Positions 47,692 to 58,244 of a stretch of DNA of 63,060 nucleotides are shown here, in pieces. Positions within the stretch are counted from its first letter, which is position 1; each line of letters starts with the position of its first letter. This stretch comes from an uncultured Ruminococcus sp. Its GTDB lineage: Bacteria; Bacillota; Clostridia; Oscillospirales; CAG-272. The stretch lies in the NCBI GenBank assembly GCA_964460165.1, contig CAYWPS010000003.1, positions 1 through 63,060 of the forward strand, given 5' to 3'. The notes below the pieces were generated by a model. It saw nothing but the letters and a program-made list of their open reading frames with translations, was not told the origin of the DNA and searched no databases. A program made the position numbers and the translations under genes.

Positions 47692-47728
47692 AATGAAGCA
47701 GAACCTTCAAAATTGGCTCTGCTTCATT
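47692..47728. terminator. Terminator hairpin between convergent genes
   Basis: AATGAAGCAGAACC ... GGCTCTGCTTCATT followed by TTTAT. Confidence 0.7.
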
Positions 47729-47746
47729 TTATTTATGCTTTTTTGA

Positions 47747-48667
47747 TTATTGAGCGTCGCGAAAGCCCTTGCCGGCTATTTCGCTGGTCTTGGTTATAAT
47801 GATAAAGGCGCCGGGATCGATTTCCTTGATCCTTCTGCGAAGACGGAGCGCCTCAGAGCGCTTGCAGACGGTGATTATTATCTCTTTGTCCTCGTGAGTG
47901 TAGACGCCCTCAGCCTTGTACATCGTCGCTCCGTGGTGGAGCTCGTTTACGATGAAGCTGTCTATCTCCTCCGATTTTGTGGTGATGATAGTAAACGCCT
48001 TGCACATATTCATAGAGTCCAGTATATCGTCTATTATGAACACCTTTGCGAACAGACCCAGTAAAGCGTACAGACCTATCGATACGTTATCGTAGACGAG
48101 GAAGGTGGATGCCGCGATAAGAAGGTCTGAGGTTAGCAGCGCTTGGCTTACGTTGAGGCTGGTATACTTTTTCAGTATCAGCGCCACGATATCGGTACCT
48201 CCCGAGGACGCTTTGTATCTGAACAGCAGCGCGGAGCCTATTCCCGTGAGCAGTACCGCGTAGACAAGCTCCAGCAGGGGTTGGTTTGTAAGAGTCGTAG
48301 CGCCGCTTATGCTTTCGATCGGAATGAAAGTCTCAAAGGCGAGGTTTTCAAGCGAGAGCACGAGAGAGCAGTATATTGTAAGAAATCCGCACTTTTTGCC
48401 AAGAATAAAGATGCCTAAGATAAGCAGTATCACGTTTATCACAAGCATATATATCGATTGCGTCAGCCCTAACTTAGCGCTGAAGGGCATCTTCGCGAGT
48501 ATTATCGCTATACCGCTGACACCGCCGGTCGCAAAGCCGTTAGGCGCCTTGAAAAAGTATATACCCGCCGCCATCATAAGAACGCCGAGGTTTATCAGAA
48601 TGAAATGCTTGAATGAAATTTCGGTGCGCTTTTCCAATTGCTTGTACTCCTTTGTGAGTTCTTCCAA
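47747..48667 (-). CDS. YitT-family membrane protein with a C-terminal DUF2179 domain (start uncertain; TTG in track)
   Basis: TM region with GGVSGIAIIL / GGTDIVALIL repeats, plus a C-terminal soluble domain. Confidence 0.75.
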   Translation of the reverse strand: MEELTKEYKQLEKRTEISFKHFILINLGVLMMAAGIYFFKAPNGFATGGVSGIAIILAKMPFSAKLGLTQSIYMLVINVILLILGIFILGKKCGFLTIYCSLVLSLENLAFETFIPIESISGATTLTNQPLLELVYAVLLTGIGSALLFRYKASSGGTDIVALILKKYTSLNVSQALLTSDLLIAASTFLVYDNVSIGLYALLGLFAKVFIIDDILDSMNMCKAFTIITTKSEEIDSFIVNELHHGATMYKAEGVYTHEDKEIIITVCKRSEALRLRRRIKEIDPGAFIIITKTSEIAGKGFRDAQ

Positions 48668-48758
48668 GGAATATTATAATTACATCTTTGGAAAAGTCAA
48701 TAGAAATCGGATAAAACCTTCTAAGGTTTTGATTGACAAAGAGTGTAAAAGATGCTAA

Positions 48759-50804
<2,046 letters not shown>

Positions 50805-50830
50805 CGTCATATAATTAAACAAATGATTAA

Positions 50831-50859
50831 AGCGAGGATACCTTTTCGGCGTCCTCGCT
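50831..50859. terminator. Terminator hairpin after ligA (convergent with the rluD-like gene)
   Basis: AGCGAGGA ... TCCTCGCT followed by CTTTTT. Confidence 0.7.
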
Positions 50860-50863
50860 CTTT

Positions 50864-51706
50864 TTATTCATATGCTTTCGCGGTAACTGTGATGATTTTG
50901 TTTGTAAAGGGATGAGGGAAGGATAGGGTAGCGCAATGCAAGGAGTAGGTCTCATTACCTCTCTTACCGTAAAGGAAATCGTTTACCAATGGGTGTCCGA
51001 TGTGAGCCATATGAACTCTTATCTGATGCGTTCTGCCCGTATGAAGCGTTATTCTCACCATGGAGCAATCGTTTTCGTCGGTGGATAATACTTCGTACTC
51101 GGTTATAGCTTCCTTCCCGTCCTCCCGTACTACACGTCTTATGCTGCCTTCCGCCTCGCGCGCTATCGGCACGTTGATAATACCGTGCTTTTCGCTTGGA
51201 GTGCCCTCGACTTTTGCAATATAGGTCTTTTGAAACTTTCGATCCTTCATAGCCTGATATAGTTTTGCGCCGCTGAGTCTGTCCTTGGCAATCAGCACGA
51301 TGCCCGAGGTGTCTCGGTCAAGTCTGTTGATCGCTCTGAAGACGAAGGGGTGTCCGACGTATGACCTTACAGCGTTAGCCACCGTAGGCAGGTGGTTGCC
51401 GCGCGACGGATGAACGGGCATATTTCTCGGCTTGTTTATAGCTATGACGTATTCGTCCTCATAGACGATATCCAAGGGGATATCCATAGGCTCGATATTT
51501 TCGCTATCCTCATCAGGCAGGGTAATGTCGATGATATCTCCGCTTTTTACCATGGCGCGCATATGCACCGGCTTGCCGTTAAGGATGACGTTATCAAACT
51601 TTACCTTAGCTATAAGGGCCGTTGAGAGTCCCAGCCTACGCTTGAGATAGTCGCGTATCTTCATTTCCCCCATAACGTCCGTGACTGTTTCCGTATATCT
51701 TTCCAT
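50864..51706 (-). CDS. RluA/RluD-family pseudouridine synthase with an N-terminal S4 domain
   Basis: NRLDRDTSG and GRTHQIRVH motifs. 280 aa. Confidence 0.85.
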   Translation of the reverse strand: MERYTETVTDVMGEMKIRDYLKRRLGLSTALIAKVKFDNVILNGKPVHMRAMVKSGDIIDITLPDEDSENIEPMDIPLDIVYEDEYVIAINKPRNMPVHPSRGNHLPTVANAVRSYVGHPFVFRAINRLDRDTSGIVLIAKDRLSGAKLYQAMKDRKFQKTYIAKVEGTPSEKHGIINVPIAREAEGSIRRVVREDGKEAITEYEVLSTDENDCSMVRITLHTGRTHQIRVHMAHIGHPLVNDFLYGKRGNETYSLHCATLSFPHPFTNKIITVTAKAYE

Positions 51707-52192
51707 TTATCTTGCCCTCTGGTATGCGATGCGCTCGTCGCCGCTTTCAAGATATATGATACCGCACCTTACAAAGCCGTTTTTTTCAAGCGAGCGTTGC
51801 ATCGGCTTGTTATCTCTGTGAGTATCGATCTTAAGATTTTCACACGCGCTTGAGCAGTAGTTATAAATCCCGCCTATTATGTTTCTGCCGTGATATTTTA
51901 CCGCAATTCTGTGAATAACACCGTAGTCATCGGTGTTGGTCCACTCGCCATCGTATATTTTTACATAGGTCGGGTCAATGCCGATCTTGAAGAAAAAGCA
52001 GGCGACTATCTCACCGTTTTCCTCGGCGACGTAGGAGACTTTTGACTCGATATCCTTTTCTATCAGAGCGCGTGGAGGATAGGCTGATCCCCACTGATTT
52101 GGGTTGCCCGAGTCCTTCATAAACTCTCGGGCCGAGGCGTAGATAGCCATTACCTCGTCTATGTCAGAGGGCAGAGTGTGGCGTATGTTCAT
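51707..52192 (-). CDS. GNAT-family N-acetyltransferase
   Basis: Start at MNIRHTLPSD (52192). The acetyl-CoA-binding region is HRIAVKYHGRNIIGG. Shortened from the track ORF. Confidence 0.7.
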   Translation of the reverse strand: MNIRHTLPSDIDEVMAIYASAREFMKDSGNPNQWGSAYPPRALIEKDIESKVSYVAEENGEIVACFFFKIGIDPTYVKIYDGEWTNTDDYGVIHRIAVKYHGRNIIGGIYNYCSSACENLKIDTHRDNKPMQRSLEKNGFVRCGIIYLESGDERIAYQRAR

Positions 52193-53015
52193 CTCTCGTT
52201 TCTTCCTTTCTGCGCCGCCATGCTGCGGGTGATATTCCGTGATGCTTTTTAAATGTTCTGGAGAAATATTCCACGTCGGCAAACCCCGACATCGATGCAA
52301 TTTCGCGCAGCGGCTTGTCCGTGGATAAGAGCAGCTTTTCTGCAAGCTCCATTCGTTTCCTTGTGATATACTCGCCTATCGTAATATCGAACTCATCCTT
52401 GAAATGCTCGGTAAGCGTAACCGTGCTGCAATGTAGGTTTCTCGCGATATCCTTGAGAGTAAGCTTGGCGGTCAGATTTTTCTTTATGTATTTCTTTATT
52501 AGCTGTCCTATGCTTTCGTTTTCATCCGCGAGTGAGTCGTCATTCGATATATATTCCGCAAGCATTCTTATCATATTGAAATATGCCTCGAGCTCCTCTG
52601 AGCTCAATCTGCGGGTCTCATCTATTATCTGCGATAGACGGTCGCTCTGTAAGGAGCACCATTTCATGCATATAGAGTGTACGTTATTTTCCTTGCCTTT
52701 TTCTATTCCAAGCGCCGATATTATATAGCCTATCGGCTCGTCGTCTCTCATTATCGGTACTATCGCCTCGGTAATCCCGAAGGGGCAGGTGTATAGTATG
52801 GGACGCGCCTCGTTTTTAGCACTTGTCAGGCGTTCAATATCCGATGCCTTGCATATGTCGATGGTTTCGGGCGAGCGGTGTATCGCCGTGCATATCGTTG
52901 CCTCGGGACTGCGAGTCAGGGACAAGGTATGAAAGTCACGGTCCGCTACTGAGATATCCATACCCGATACAGTATAGAAGTCTTTAAGTATCTGCTCAAT
53001 ATCTGCCTTGCTCAT
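52164..53015 (-). CDS. AraC-family transcriptional regulator with an N-terminal PocR-like sensor domain
   Basis: C-terminal double HTH (LKDIARNLHCSTVTLTEHFK...IASMSGFADVEYFSRTFKK). GGGAGGG RBS. Confidence 0.8.
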   Translation of the reverse strand: MSKADIEQILKDFYTVSGMDISVADRDFHTLSLTRSPEATICTAIHRSPETIDICKASDIERLTSAKNEARPILYTCPFGITEAIVPIMRDDEPIGYIISALGIEKGKENNVHSICMKWCSLQSDRLSQIIDETRRLSSEELEAYFNMIRMLAEYISNDDSLADENESIGQLIKKYIKKNLTAKLTLKDIARNLHCSTVTLTEHFKDEFDITIGEYITRKRMELAEKLLLSTDKPLREIASMSGFADVEYFSRTFKKHHGISPAAWRRRKEETRDEHTPHSAL

Positions 53016-53222
53016 ATCGCCCTCCCGCTCCGTTTTTTATATTATAACACCTTTATTAGATCAAATCAAGGCTTAAGATGAAGAATAAAAAACATTTATC
53101 CTTAAAATGCACTGAATTTTATCGATTTTACATATTTTTATTATGGATTTATCATTTGAAAAAGCTTGTCTATTTGCTATAATGGTTATGTAAAATAAAA
53201 TGGCGAAATGCAGGTTTGTAAT

Positions 53223-54254
53223 ATGAAGGTAGAAAAGCTGGTTGTAGGTGTTATAGGTCTTGGAATGGGTGCTCATCACCTCAAGGGAGCTATTAACTAC
53301 GGTGCAGAGATAGGAATGATATGTGACGTAAACCCCGATAGGCTCAAGGAGGTCGGCGAGGAAACAGGAATTCCCGCAGAAAAGCGCACCACCGACTATC
53401 ACGACGTAGTTAACAATAAGGAGATCAACGCGGTTATCATCGCAACTCCCGATCAGCAGCACAGAGCTCAGGTTGAGGAGTGCCTCGCCGCAGGAAAGCA
53501 CATTATGTGTGAGAAGCCCCTTGCGCTTACCAGAGATGACCTCGTTGCTATGGTCAACGCTGTAAAGGCACATCCCGAGTGCAAGTTTATGATAGGACAG
53601 ATCTGTCGCTTTACTCCCGCATTTATCAAAGCAAAGGAATACATCGACAGCGGCGCTATTGGAGAGCTCTACTTTGCAGAGTCCGAATATGCTCATGACT
53701 ATAAGCATATGTTTGACCACGATCCTAAAAACTGGCGCAGCGATCCCCAGCGTAACGGTGTCGTAGGCGGTGGCTGTCACGCAGTTGACCTTCTCCGTTG
53801 GCTCGTTGGTGCAGATCCTTACGAGGTTTACGGTATGGGTGCTCATAAGCTTCTTCCCGACGTGTCATACGACGACGCCAACGTAGCACTTCTTAAGTTC
53901 CCGGGCAACGTAATGGGGAAGGTGTTTGTATCTACCGGCTGTAAGCGCAATTACACCATGCGTACCTGCATTTACGGCACGAAGGGGACTCTTATCTTTG
54001 ATAACACCTCTCCCACCATGCAGGTATTCCTCGCTGATGAGAACGGTGACGGTGCGCATAACGGTCAGGACGTCGAGGTTCAGGTCAACAATCATAACGC
54101 CAACGCAGAGTTCAAGGCGTTTGCTGATTCTCTTGTTAACGATACCGAGATCGAGACTCCCATCATCGAGGGCGCAAAGACCGTTGAGGCTTGTCTTGCC
54201 ATCATTGAGTCCTCAAAGGCTGGCAAGATAGTTAACCCCAACTACAATTTCTGA
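53223..54254 (+). CDS. Gfo/Idh/MocA-family NAD(P)-dependent oxidoreductase
   Basis: Rossmann VGVIGLGMGAHH and the EKPLAL motif. Start at MKVEKL is preferred but the RBS is weak. Confidence 0.8.
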   Translation: MKVEKLVVGVIGLGMGAHHLKGAINYGAEIGMICDVNPDRLKEVGEETGIPAEKRTTDYHDVVNNKEINAVIIATPDQQHRAQVEECLAAGKHIMCEKPLALTRDDLVAMVNAVKAHPECKFMIGQICRFTPAFIKAKEYIDSGAIGELYFAESEYAHDYKHMFDHDPKNWRSDPQRNGVVGGGCHAVDLLRWLVGADPYEVYGMGAHKLLPDVSYDDANVALLKFPGNVMGKVFVSTGCKRNYTMRTCIYGTKGTLIFDNTSPTMQVFLADENGDGAHNGQDVEVQVNNHNANAEFKAFADSLVNDTEIETPIIEGAKTVEACLAIIESSKAGKIVNPNYNF

Positions 54255-54304
54255 TTTTATGATTTAAGGGGCTGGCTCATTAAGCTAACCTAAAGAAAGA
54301 AAAA

Positions 54305-54343
54305 AGCGATAGCTTTTTACCGTAAAGGTATCGAGCTGTCGCT
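54305..54343 (+). terminator. Intrinsic terminator after the oxidoreductase gene
   Basis: AGCGATAGCT ... AGCTGTCGCT (10 bp, one G-U pair) followed by TGCTTTATT. Confidence 0.6.
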
Positions 54344-54557
54344 TGCTTTATTGTATAATTTAATTGCTACAAAAAATCCGCAAGAAAGCGCGATAATTAT
54401 ACAACAATGAGAGAGAAAAATCAACTGCTTTTATAAATAAATTTAGAATTTTTAATTCCGGAAGGAGTTACGTATTCACAGTAGCCGAAATATGAAATCG
54501 ACCGCACACTTTTGCCTTTTTGTCAAGTCTTTTTTGAAAAATTCTTAATTTGTTTAC

Positions 54558-54592
54558 AAAAAAGAGCCAAGCCCATTCCTGAACTTGGTTCT
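54558..54592 (-). terminator. Intrinsic terminator at the distal end of the RHS cassette array
   Basis: Minus strand: AGAACCAAG-N12-CTTGGCTCT followed by TTTTTTG. Confidence 0.6.
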
Positions 54593-54740
54593 TTTCTTAA
54601 CTTAATGACATTGCGCCGAAGCGACACCCAAGTATTACTTGTTCGGTGTTAGAATACCATACTCAAAACGAATCAAAATCAAGTAGATTCGCTTGGGTTT
54701 TGAAATTCTAATTTGTCAAAACATCCACCATTATTAATGA

Positions 54741-55148
54741 TTAGATAAAAATTCCATCGAAAATCAAATCAGGAATATATGTTTCATCTAAATAATTCAA
54801 AGTTTCATACTTTTCTAAAATTCCGACTATATACCGTGTAAAAGAATTCATATGGTCTTCAAATGATTTCCCAGATAGATTAAATTTCCTTAATATTATC
54901 TTAATATCTTTGTGAAATTTTTTGGATTTAGTTAAAAATATAACATTTTGCAATTGATTATTATGCCTTTTTTCTATAACAATTCGATAAAAACTGTCTA
55001 CATAATTATATAATATTTCAAAGTGATAACCGTCAATATCGAATACATATTTTATCAAGCCATTACTAGGGTACATTGCAACATCATTGATTCCCATATA
55101 TTCTTGCAAATTAGTATGAATAATTTGAATTATTTTGTTTTTCACCAT
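54741..55148 (-). CDS. Candidate immunity protein for orphan RHS toxin tip 2
   Basis: 135-aa AT-rich ORF. The ATG at 55148 overlaps the toxin stop (ATGGTGA), with a GGAGAA RBS upstream. No family recognised; the call rests on position. Confidence 0.5.
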   Translation of the reverse strand: MVKNKIIQIIHTNLQEYMGINDVAMYPSNGLIKYVFDIDGYHFEILYNYVDSFYRIVIEKRHNNQLQNVIFLTKSKKFHKDIKIILRKFNLSGKSFEDHMNSFTRYIVGILEKYETLNYLDETYIPDLIFDGIFI

Positions 55149-55996
55149 ATAATTCTTCTCCCTGAATTGAATATCCACCACAATTTATGCAATTTATTGC
55201 CATATTTTAGTCTATACAGAATTCTCAATTCCATTCCGTAAGCAGATTTCATCATTTTGATAAAACCTCTACCATCACTTCCGGCATTAATAATCCTATA
55301 TCCAGCATTAAATTTATCCATAATAAATCTTGCGTTATCTACTTTTGCAGAATATCTCATTGCATCAGTAACTTCGTCAGCTTTTCCCATTGCATATAGC
55401 GCATTCAATGGTTTATAGCCATCATAAATCATTGAACCTGTGTCAAAAGCTAGATTTGTAACTCTTCCCATATCATTACCAATAACAATTGAATCATACA
55501 CATTGTCGAATTTATTCATATAACCACCAATGTCGCTTATATCATCCAATTTAGAGGCAGCTTTCATTATTCGACTTCCAGTAAGGAACGGAACTACTGC
55601 GAACACAACATCTAATGCTAACCATCCTGCGTTTTCCCATGAAGGTTTTCTAATTAAATCATATAAGCTCCATCCAATTGAAATAATGTCAAGTACGGTA
55701 TCCCACGCGCAACCGGATGGATCGTATCGATTTATAGGATCATTGCCGCAGTACGCATAAAGATTAAGCCCATTAGCACTTTCAATATCAAGATAAGCTG
55801 TATTATCGGGCGAAATAAATCTACGCCACTGAGGATTATAGTATCTTGCATTAAGATAATAAAGCCCGGTGTCTGCGTCATAGTAATAGCTTCTGTAACG
55901 AATGGGATTACTGTCCGCAAGGTCATTGTTAGTAGTATAACCGCGAGTACAGTTACCATAAGCATCGTACGTGTATTTTACCACAATATTACCCAA
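55142..55996 (-). CDS. Orphan (5'-truncated) RHS-repeat-associated core plus PT-TG pre-toxin plus an unassigned C-terminal toxin domain
   Basis: YDAYGN, RYYNPQWRRFISPD and NLYAYCGNDPINRYDPSG core, then ...VVPFLTGS (PT-TG-like), then about 170 unassigned aa. The frame is open back to 56068 (TGA at 56069-56071). There is no ATG and no RBS. Confidence 0.7.
   Translation of the reverse strand: MGNIVVKYTYDAYGNCTRGYTTNNDLADSNPIRYRSYYYDADTGLYYLNARYYNPQWRRFISPDNTAYLDIESANGLNLYAYCGNDPINRYDPSGCAWDTVLDIISIGWSLYDLIRKPSWENAGWLALDVVFAVVPFLTGSRIMKAASKLDDISDIGGYMNKFDNVYDSIVIGNDMGRVTNLAFDTGSMIYDGYKPLNALYAMGKADEVTDAMRYSAKVDNARFIMDKFNAGYRIINAGSDGRGFIKMMKSAYGMELRILYRLKYGNKLHKLWWIFNSGRRIIW
55716..55994. repeat. 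Direct repeat copy A (RHS core region)
   Basis: 55805-55994 matches 57301-57490 with 2 mismatches in 190 nt, at a constant offset of 1496. Weaker identity extends left to about 55716. Confidence 0.85.
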
Positions 55997-56092
55997 AATG
56001 TCAAGTATACCGATGACATCCTTGTTGATAAAATTGGAAAGTAAAAGAGTGCCGCTGAAGCAGCACTCTCAAATAGTATATGCCTTGAAGGT

Positions 56093-56626
56093 TTATACAA
56101 GTTGTACCGTGTTTTTTGCTTTTCCAAGCCTTTTTTTCATGATTTTATTAAAATCATTGAAATTCACCATAAAATTATCAACACTAAGTCCTTTTTTATC
56201 AATATAAATTTTATACTTAATTGGATTGTTAGATTTGTCCTTATATATCTTTATTTTTGTTATTTCTTCATAACTTATTTTTCTAACAATACCAAAAAGA
56301 TTCCTATATAACATGAACTCTTCTTCCAACTCTAGTTGAAAATTTAAAACTTTCAATATTTGCAAGATAATTGCGAATGTAAATATGGAATAAAATGAAA
56401 GTAAAAAAATTTCAAGTTCTAATTTGGGTTCAACACCAGATAAATAAGCCCAAACAAAGAGTACAATAATTATTATTAATCCAGCTATAAAAATTATTGA
56501 TAGGTATTTAGGATATCTAAAGGTGTATGGTGATGAGAATTTTGACAAACTACTTTTTAAGACAATAAATTCTAAAATCAAAGGAACAAAAAGACTGGTT
56601 AGTAAAATAGGTAAAAACACATGCAT
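56093..56626 (-). CDS. Candidate membrane immunity protein for RHS toxin tip 1
   Basis: 177-aa ORF with 3-4 hydrophobic helices and a Lys-rich soluble tail. It sits immediately downstream of the toxin ORF. The RBS spacing is long (14 nt). Confidence 0.5.
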   Translation of the reverse strand: MHVFLPILLTSLFVPLILEFIVLKSSLSKFSSPYTFRYPKYLSIIFIAGLIIIIVLFVWAYLSGVEPKLELEIFLLSFYSIFTFAIILQILKVLNFQLELEEEFMLYRNLFGIVRKISYEEITKIKIYKDKSNNPIKYKIYIDKKGLSVDNFMVNFNDFNKIMKKRLGKAKNTVQLV

Positions 56627-56658
56627 TGAAAGTGTATTAGCCTCCTTAAAACAAGCAA

Positions 56659-57819
56659 TTAATTAGTGAGCATCGTGTATGAGATTGAAAAAGTGTTAGA
56701 CAACATATATCTTATACCAGAAATCAATAACTGTGTCGCATGAACATTCAACGCATGAGTTTGACGTGCAATGGCTCTTTGAGAGCCGTTCGCTATTGTT
56801 CTACTCAAGATATCTCTGCTGTTTCCAAATTTTACAACTTGCATACCATCTTTTGCATAGTTGGCACCAGCACCAGCAATTAATCCTGCCAGAGCGCCAA
56901 TAAATAAAGAGTTTACCGCGCCCAACCAGTTAATGTTTCTATCTTCTTCGAAGAGAAAGTCTCTACCGATACTAGAAACGAAGCCCAATGCGCCTCCGAA
57001 TATTGCGGATGCCACTATACCTATACCAGAGGCTGCCAATCCACCATTGATAGCACCAAATGCTCCATCATACAAGACTTCCAATTGATTGACTTTACTC
57101 CAATCTCCATTATATTCTTCAAGCTGTGTTACAATGGATGAGGTAGCGGAAATTCCGAAACCAATTATTGCTCCTGTAATTATTGCGATTGTGGTAATCG
57201 CCAAGTGTCCACTGGGATCTTTGTAATTAATAGGATCGTTAAGGCAATACGCATAAAGATTAAGTCCGTTTGCGTTTTCAATATCAAGATAAGTTATGTT
57301 ATCGGGCGAGATAAATCTACGCCACTGAGGATTATAGTATCTTGCATTAAGATAATAAAGCCCGGTGTCTGCGTCATAGTAATAGCTTCTGTAACGAATG
57401 GGATTACTGTCCGCAAGGTCATTGTTAGTAGTATAACCGCGAGTACAGTTACCATAAGCATCATACGTGTATTTTACCACAATATTACCCGAATTGTCAA
57501 GTATATTTACAACGTCTCCACGCGGATTCTTATCATAATAATATGTTCCCGTTCCGCTGGAATTAGTAAATATTACGCCTACAATTTCAGACTCTTCGTA
57601 AATGAAAACAAATTTCTTGGTAATAATTGTTCCGTCATAATACTTCAAGGTGCGAGTATCGCTGAGAAGTCTTCCGTGCAAATCATATTCATAGACAGAA
57701 GTAGAACTTGTTAAACAATCTATTTCATGTACCGCTCCAGGCAGATAGGTATACTTCTTTTGTGTTCGTTGACCTTGTGCATTGTAGGTAAAGGTATAGT
57801 TTTCAGAAGTAATTAACAC
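56659..57819 (-). CDS. 5'-truncated RHS/YD-repeat fragment: last YD repeats, RHS core, then a Gly-zipper-rich hydrophobic C-terminal toxin domain
   Basis: YTFTYNAQGQR and YEYDLHGRL YD repeats. RYYNPQWRRFISPD...NDPINYKDPSGH core. Tail: GAINGGLAASGIGIVASAIFGGALGF...GALAGLIAGAGANY. GTG start only in the track. In-frame TGA at 57907-57909, and the upstream sequence is not RHS-like. Confidence 0.75.
   Translation of the reverse strand: MLITSENYTFTYNAQGQRTQKKYTYLPGAVHEIDCLTSSTSVYEYDLHGRLLSDTRTLKYYDGTIITKKFVFIYEESEIVGVIFTNSSGTGTYYYDKNPRGDVVNILDNSGNIVVKYTYDAYGNCTRGYTTNNDLADSNPIRYRSYYYDADTGLYYLNARYYNPQWRRFISPDNITYLDIENANGLNLYAYCLNDPINYKDPSGHLAITTIAIITGAIIGFGISATSSIVTQLEEYNGDWSKVNQLEVLYDGAFGAINGGLAASGIGIVASAIFGGALGFVSSIGRDFLFEEDRNINWLGAVNSLFIGALAGLIAGAGANYAKDGMQVVKFGNSRDILSRTIANGSQRAIARQTHALNVHATQLLISGIRYMLSNTFSISYTMLTN
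57212..57490. repeat. Direct repeat copy B (RHS core region)
   Basis: See copy A. The repeats sit in the same orientation, 1496 bp apart. Confidence 0.85.
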
Positions 57820-57878
57820 AAGTGCTTTCGTGCTGTTTGTGTTGCTACTTGAACTTTTCCTTATATTTCGCTGAAAAA

Positions 57879-58055
57879 CTATATAGAATTTATGCTTATT
57901 TCTTGCTCATTTTCTTCCTTTTTATTGTTAGCGTTTTTATAATAGTCTTCAATTACAGCTAAAAGAGAGGTACAAAATACGTTAAAGACCTCTTTTGGCA
58001 TATTTTCGAGCTTTGGCGTTCCTTGCGTTATTACCTCGTGCTTGTTTTCTTTCAT
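57879..58055 (-). CDS. Small hypothetical protein (58 aa), not in the ORF track
   Basis: Hand translation: MKENKHEVITQGTPKLENMPKEVFNVFCTSLLAVIEDYYKNANNKKEENEQEISINSI. AAGGAG RBS 8 nt upstream. Confidence 0.4.
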   Translation of the reverse strand: MKENKHEVITQGTPKLENMPKEVFNVFCTSLLAVIEDYYKNANNKKEENEQEISINSI

Positions 58056-58215
58056 AGGGCTTGCTCCTTTCGTTTTTTTTCAAGGATAGCAATTTCCGAG
58101 AAGAAATGTTAGAAACACAGCCTCAAGCAAGCTAAAACTGAATATCCGTTGTTTTTGTTTTTCGGTGAAAGTTTATCCCAAATCTGCCCCAAATGAATTT
58201 TGCTTTTTTGAGGGG

Positions 58216-58244
58216 AATATATCAGAAACCGCCTCCTTGGTCAA
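58216..58244 (-). promoter_or_regulatory. Possible promoter reading into the small ORF and RHS array
   Basis: Minus strand: TTGACC (58239-58244), 17-nt spacer, TATATT (58216-58221). It lies inside the intron remnant and may be fortuitous. Confidence 0.3.

Noticed and set aside
57649-57656. GGTGCGAG, considered as a possible group II intron 5' end (GUGYG) about 790 nt upstream of domain VI.
   Set aside because: It lies inside well-conserved RHS coding sequence on the opposite strand. The intervening sequence is AT-rich and shows no domain I-III structure. It is most likely a chance match, and the intron is treated as a 3' fragment.
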